A stretch of DNA of 64,000 nucleotides from positions 7,694 through 71,693 of the forward strand of contig JBPOFE010000001.1 of assembly GCA_051252035.1 (NCBI GenBank). The letters run 5' to 3'. The notes under the pieces were generated by a model. It worked only from the letters and a program-made list of their open reading frames with translations. It was not told where the DNA came from and did no database searches. A program made the position numbers and the translations under genes. This DNA is from Sulfitobacter sp. (GTDB lineage: Bacteria; Pseudomonadota; Alphaproteobacteria; Rhodobacterales; Rhodobacteraceae). Positions 60,623-64,000 of the stretch are shown here, piece after piece. Position 1 is the first letter of the stretch, and every line of letters starts with the position of its first letter.

Positions 60623-60638
60623 TCGAAAGCAGCCCGGC

Positions 60639-61268
60639 ATGGAGACCTTTTCAAAAGACTTCCGTGCCGGGCTACACGATCTCATGCGCTGGCGGCGCGA
60701 TGTCCGCCATTTTCTGACCGATCCGGTGGACGCGGGCCTGATGCAACGGTGTCTCGACACCTTTCATCTGGCCCCGTCTGTGGGTCTGTCGGAACCTTGG
60801 CGCATCATCCGCGTCACATCTGACACTGCGCGGCATGCAGCATTAGAGAATTTCAAGGCGGCCAATGCCGATGCCCTTGCCGGGTATTCCGGCGAACAGG
60901 CCGCTTTATATGCGTCCCTCAAACTATCCGGCATGCAAGATGCACCAGAACAGCTCGCGATTTTTTGTGATGAAACCACTGAAAAAGGTCATGGGTTGGG
61001 CGCTGGCACAATGCCTGAAATGCGTCGCTATTCGGTGGTGGGTGCGATCAGTCTAATGTGGCTCACCGCACGCGCGCACGGGTTGGGTTTGGGCTGGGTA
61101 TCCGTACTTGACCCCGACCGCCTGAACCATGATCTTGAGATACCACAAGGATGGTCACTGGTGGCCTATCTTTGCATGGGGTGGCCCAGTGAGAACACGC
61201 TGACACCCGAACTCGAAACCCAAGGATGGGAGGCCCGCGCGCCCCATCTGCATATCGAAAGCCGCTGA
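60639..61268 (+). CDS. bluB: 5,6-dimethylbenzimidazole synthase BluB
   Basis: WRRDVRHF, APSVGLSEPW, YASLKLSG, GLGWVS nitroreductase fold. Confidence 0.93.
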   Translation: METFSKDFRAGLHDLMRWRRDVRHFLTDPVDAGLMQRCLDTFHLAPSVGLSEPWRIIRVTSDTARHAALENFKAANADALAGYSGEQAALYASLKLSGMQDAPEQLAIFCDETTEKGHGLGAGTMPEMRRYSVVGAISLMWLTARAHGLGLGWVSVLDPDRLNHDLEIPQGWSLVAYLCMGWPSENTLTPELETQGWEARAPHLHIESR

Positions 61269-61417
61269 TGTTTGGTTTGATAAAACTTGTTGTTATTCTG
61301 GCCGTCGGTTTTGCCGCTGGCATGTGGTACGAACGCTATCTCATGCGCTCCGAATGTAGCGCAGGAGCTGGCGACTGGACAGGCACGATCTGTGTGGATT
61401 CGGAGCTGCTGCAATGA
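61268..61417 (+). CDS. 49-aa membrane-anchored protein
   Basis: TGATG overlap with bluB and ATGA overlap with rimM; TM followed by C-x11-C. Confidence 0.75.
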   Translation: MFGLIKLVVILAVGFAAGMWYERYLMRSECSAGAGDWTGTICVDSELLQ

Positions 61418-61935
61418 GCGACATGATCTGTGTCGGTGCCATCGCCGGATCCTACGGGGTGCGCGGTGAACTACGTGTCAAAAGCTATTGCGCCATCCCC
61501 GAGGACATCGAAACCTACACCCCGCTCTGGTCCGAGGATCGCAGCAAGCAATTTGCCCTCGCCATCCTGCGCCCGATCAAGAACGGTTTTGCCGCGCGTA
61601 TCGCCGAGGTCGCCACCAAAGAAGAAGCCGACGCCCTGCGCGGCACATCACTTTATGCCGAACGCGACCAACTGCCATCGCTGCCGGATGATGAATTTTA
61701 CCACGCCGATCTGATTGACCTATCAGTCTATGACACAGGCGGCGTGTTGCTCGGCACTGTCAAAACCGTTCAAAATCACGGCGCTGATGATCTGCTGGAA
61801 CTGCAACTCGCTGGCACCTCCGCGACAACATTCCTGCCCTTCACCAAGGCTGCCGTGCCCACGGTTGACCTGTCTGCGGGTCGCATCATCGCCGACCCAC
61901 CGGCTGGCGTTCTGCCAGAAGCGGAACCCAAGTAA
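61414..61935 (+). CDS. rimM: Ribosome maturation factor RimM
   Basis: [32 protein letters not shown]. Confidence 0.97.
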   Translation: MSDMICVGAIAGSYGVRGELRVKSYCAIPEDIETYTPLWSEDRSKQFALAILRPIKNGFAARIAEVATKEEADALRGTSLYAERDQLPSLPDDEFYHADLIDLSVYDTGGVLLGTVKTVQNHGADDLLELQLAGTSATTFLPFTKAAVPTVDLSAGRIIADPPAGVLPEAEPK

Positions 61936-62723
61936 TGCCGCGTCGGATCATCCTGCATGCGGGGTTCCATAAAACCGGAACTTCCAGCATTCAGGCGACC
62001 TTGCGCGAAAATCGCGTGGCGTTGAAAAAACATGCCGCCCTGCGTTTGCGTTGGCACATGCAGGATTTGATCAGCGCCACACGCGGCTATTCCACATGGC
62101 GTGATCCGCTGACCTTGATCAAGGTGCAGGACCGCTTTGAGACCGTGATGAATGATCTGCCCGGAATGCCCCGCCGTACCCTCATCATGTCAGCCGAAGA
62201 ACTCTCCGGTCACTTGCCCGGGCGCGGTGACTTGGATGATTATTCCGCCGCACCGGTGCTGCTTTATGCATTTTGGGAGATCATGACCAAACGCTATCCC
62301 GCGGCCGAAATTCTACTCTACCTCTCAACTCGTGCCCCTGACGCATGGCTCAAATCTGCGCATTGGGAACATGTCAAAGCCTCCAACATGACCATGGATG
62401 TTGACGCTTTTTGCGATCGCTACCGTGGGGCGGCAGACCTCGATGGGATGGTGACAGAAATCGCCAGCCGCGTGCCATGTCCGGTGCATCACACAGCTTT
62501 GGAAGATTGCCGCGATCTGCCACTTGGCCCCGCTGATCCGCTGCTAGATCTGTGCAACCTGCCGCTTACCTTGCGTACCGAACTCGTGTCCCCACCACCC
62601 GCCAACACACGGCTGGGCGACGGCGTGCTTGCCGCGATGATTGAAGTCAATAAGACGCACCCGTCACCAGAGGCCCGCAACGCGGCCAAGGCTGCCATTC
62701 TGGCCGAAGCGCGCGCATCATGA
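61935..62723 (+). CDS. Hypothetical protein, sulfotransferase-like P-loop fold
   Basis: ILHAGFHKTGTSSIQ resembles the 5'-PSB loop; ILSxE-like IMSAEELS. Confidence 0.7.
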   Translation: MPRRIILHAGFHKTGTSSIQATLRENRVALKKHAALRLRWHMQDLISATRGYSTWRDPLTLIKVQDRFETVMNDLPGMPRRTLIMSAEELSGHLPGRGDLDDYSAAPVLLYAFWEIMTKRYPAAEILLYLSTRAPDAWLKSAHWEHVKASNMTMDVDAFCDRYRGAADLDGMVTEIASRVPCPVHHTALEDCRDLPLGPADPLLDLCNLPLTLRTELVSPPPANTRLGDGVLAAMIEVNKTHPSPEARNAAKAAILAEARAS

Positions 62724-63499
62724 AAACGCTCCGCTCCCACGGCCGCCAATCGATCCGCGCCACCCTGCAACCGCGTGAGCTAATGCAGGACACCCCGGAT
62801 TACGCCGACATCTGGCAGGCGCGCATCGTGACGCTGTTCCCTGACCTGTTCCCCGGCGTGCTGGGGGCCAGCCTGACCGGCAAGGCCCTGCACGACGGCA
62901 AATGGCAACTCCATACCCACGACTTGCGCCCCTATGGCATCGGCAAGCACCGCAATGTCGATGACACGCCTGCTGGCGGTGGCGCGGGTATGGTTCTGCG
63001 CGCCGATGTTGTTGGTCCCGCTTTGGCGGACGCGCAAAGCCACGCACATGGCCGCTGGCCGATCCTCTATATGTCCCCCCGTGGCCGACGTTTTGATCAG
63101 GCGATGGCCCGCGATCTGGCGACCTGCGCAGGTGTGACCATGCTGTGCGGCCGCTTTGAAGGTGTCGATGAACGGGTGATCGAACACTTTGGCATCACCG
63201 AAGTCAGCCTTGGTGATTTTGTCATGACCGGCGGCGAATTGGCCGCTCAAGCCATGATCGATGCCACCGTGCGCCTTTTGCCCGGCGTTCTCGGCAATGC
63301 CGAAAGCACTGTTGAGGAAAGCCATTCAAACGGCTTGCTCGAACATCCGCAGTACACCCGCCCACCCACATGGGAAGGGCGCGAAATCCCGCCTGTCCTC
63401 ATGTCGGGCAACCACGGCGAGATCGCCAAATGGCGACAAACACAGTCAGAAAAGCTAACGCAGGAACGCCGTCCCGACATGTGGCACCGGAAACCCTAA
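62720..63499 (+). CDS. trmD: tRNA (guanine37-N1)-methyltransferase
   Basis: TLFP, VDDTPAGGGAGMV, CGRFEGVDER, SLGDFVMTGGE, EHPQYTRP. Confidence 0.98.
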   Translation: MKTLRSHGRQSIRATLQPRELMQDTPDYADIWQARIVTLFPDLFPGVLGASLTGKALHDGKWQLHTHDLRPYGIGKHRNVDDTPAGGGAGMVLRADVVGPALADAQSHAHGRWPILYMSPRGRRFDQAMARDLATCAGVTMLCGRFEGVDERVIEHFGITEVSLGDFVMTGGELAAQAMIDATVRLLPGVLGNAESTVEESHSNGLLEHPQYTRPPTWEGREIPPVLMSGNHGEIAKWRQTQSEKLTQERRPDMWHRKP

Positions 63500-63500
63500 T

Positions 63501-63552
63501 CTCTTTTTGATCCTAAATATTCCTCGAGGGTCCGGGGGCAGACAGCCCCCGG
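63501..63552. repeat. REP-like palindromic intergenic element
   Basis: T-rich head, AAATATTCC, then CCGGGGGC-agaca-GCCCCCGG; resembles dispersed Rhodobacterales palindromes from memory; single copy in this window. Confidence 0.45.
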
Positions 63553-63676
63553 CGCGGCGTTGAATATCACAAATGACAGACAAAATCGGGCCAATACCCG
63601 CCCCGTCACCCCGGTTCCTAGGTGCTGCACCGATCTTGTGGTATCTTCCAGACTGAACATCAGGGGGCAGTCCTTC

Positions 63677-64000
63677 ATGCCGCAGAAATTATCGTTGCTC
63701 GTAGGCACCACCAAAGGGGCCTTTATCATTGACGGCGGCACTGACCGCAGTGGCTGGTCCGTGACGGGACCACATTGCGAGGGGTGGCCCATCAACCATA
63801 TCATCGGGGACCCGGAGACCGGGATGATCTGGGCGGGCGGTGGCAGCGATTGGGAAGGGGCTGGTATCTGGCGCTCCGCCGATGCGGGCAAGACATGGGA
63901 AGTGATGCGCCTTACCAAAGGCACCCGCGACGATTGGGCTGCCAACGATCCCGATTTTGCAAAATTGATCAACTGGACGGATGCGGCACATCCCTTCACC
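63677..64000 (+). CDS. BNR/Asp-box beta-propeller protein (WD40/YVTN/BNR-like), 3'-truncated
   Basis: LLVGTTKGAF, GIWRSADAGKTW Asp-box; frame open to window end; absent from the ORF track. Confidence 0.85.
   Translation, partial: MPQKLSLLVGTTKGAFIIDGGTDRSGWSVTGPHCEGWPINHIIGDPETGMIWAGGGSDWEGAGIWRSADAGKTWEVMRLTKGTRDDWAANDPDFAKLINWTDAAHPFT

Noticed and set aside
1-64000. CRISPR arrays, tRNA/rRNA genes, IS elements, integrases, prophage genes
   Set aside because: None recognised by eye or in the ORF track; a tRNAscan/Rfam/ISEScan run would be needed to exclude them fully

Overview
Gene-dense 64-kb core-chromosome segment of a Roseobacter-group alphaproteobacterium (Rhodobacterales). The taxon is inferred from protein similarity and synteny recalled from knowledge, not from a database search. 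Main blocks: pduO-etfBA-hbd; the PTS/ChvGI-pckA cluster; mcd (ethylmalonyl-CoA pathway); rpoZ-spoT-pdxJ-acpS-lepB-rnc-era-recO; folK/NYN; a LuxR solo with ispH-rnhA; three tandem def genes plus fmt; cobD/cbiB; smc; the F0 atp operon; ffh-3xGNAT-chorismate mutase-rpsP-bluB-rimM-trmD. I saw no rRNA, tRNA, CRISPR array, transposase, integrase or phage gene. The best candidate for an undescribed system is missed by the ORF track, at 43657-43960. A strong-SD 27-aa hydrophobic peptide gene (minus strand) converges on an ~80-nt sRNA that has its own sigma70 promoter and shares a terminator hairpin. A direct repeat makes the sRNA 5' end complementary to the start of the peptide ORF, a type I toxin-antitoxin-like layout. 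Second is a three-gene putative signalling module at 13624-15858: a GNAT-fold enzyme, a LysR-HTH/PAS-like fusion and an XRE regulator. Other points: exact CtrA boxes at a LuxR solo and at an atypical receiver, overlapping DnaA and NrdR-like boxes upstream of smc, a degenerate deformylase, an unannotated 22-aa membrane peptide and a structured ffh leader. Start codons were moved from the ORF track where a downstream start with an RBS fits better.
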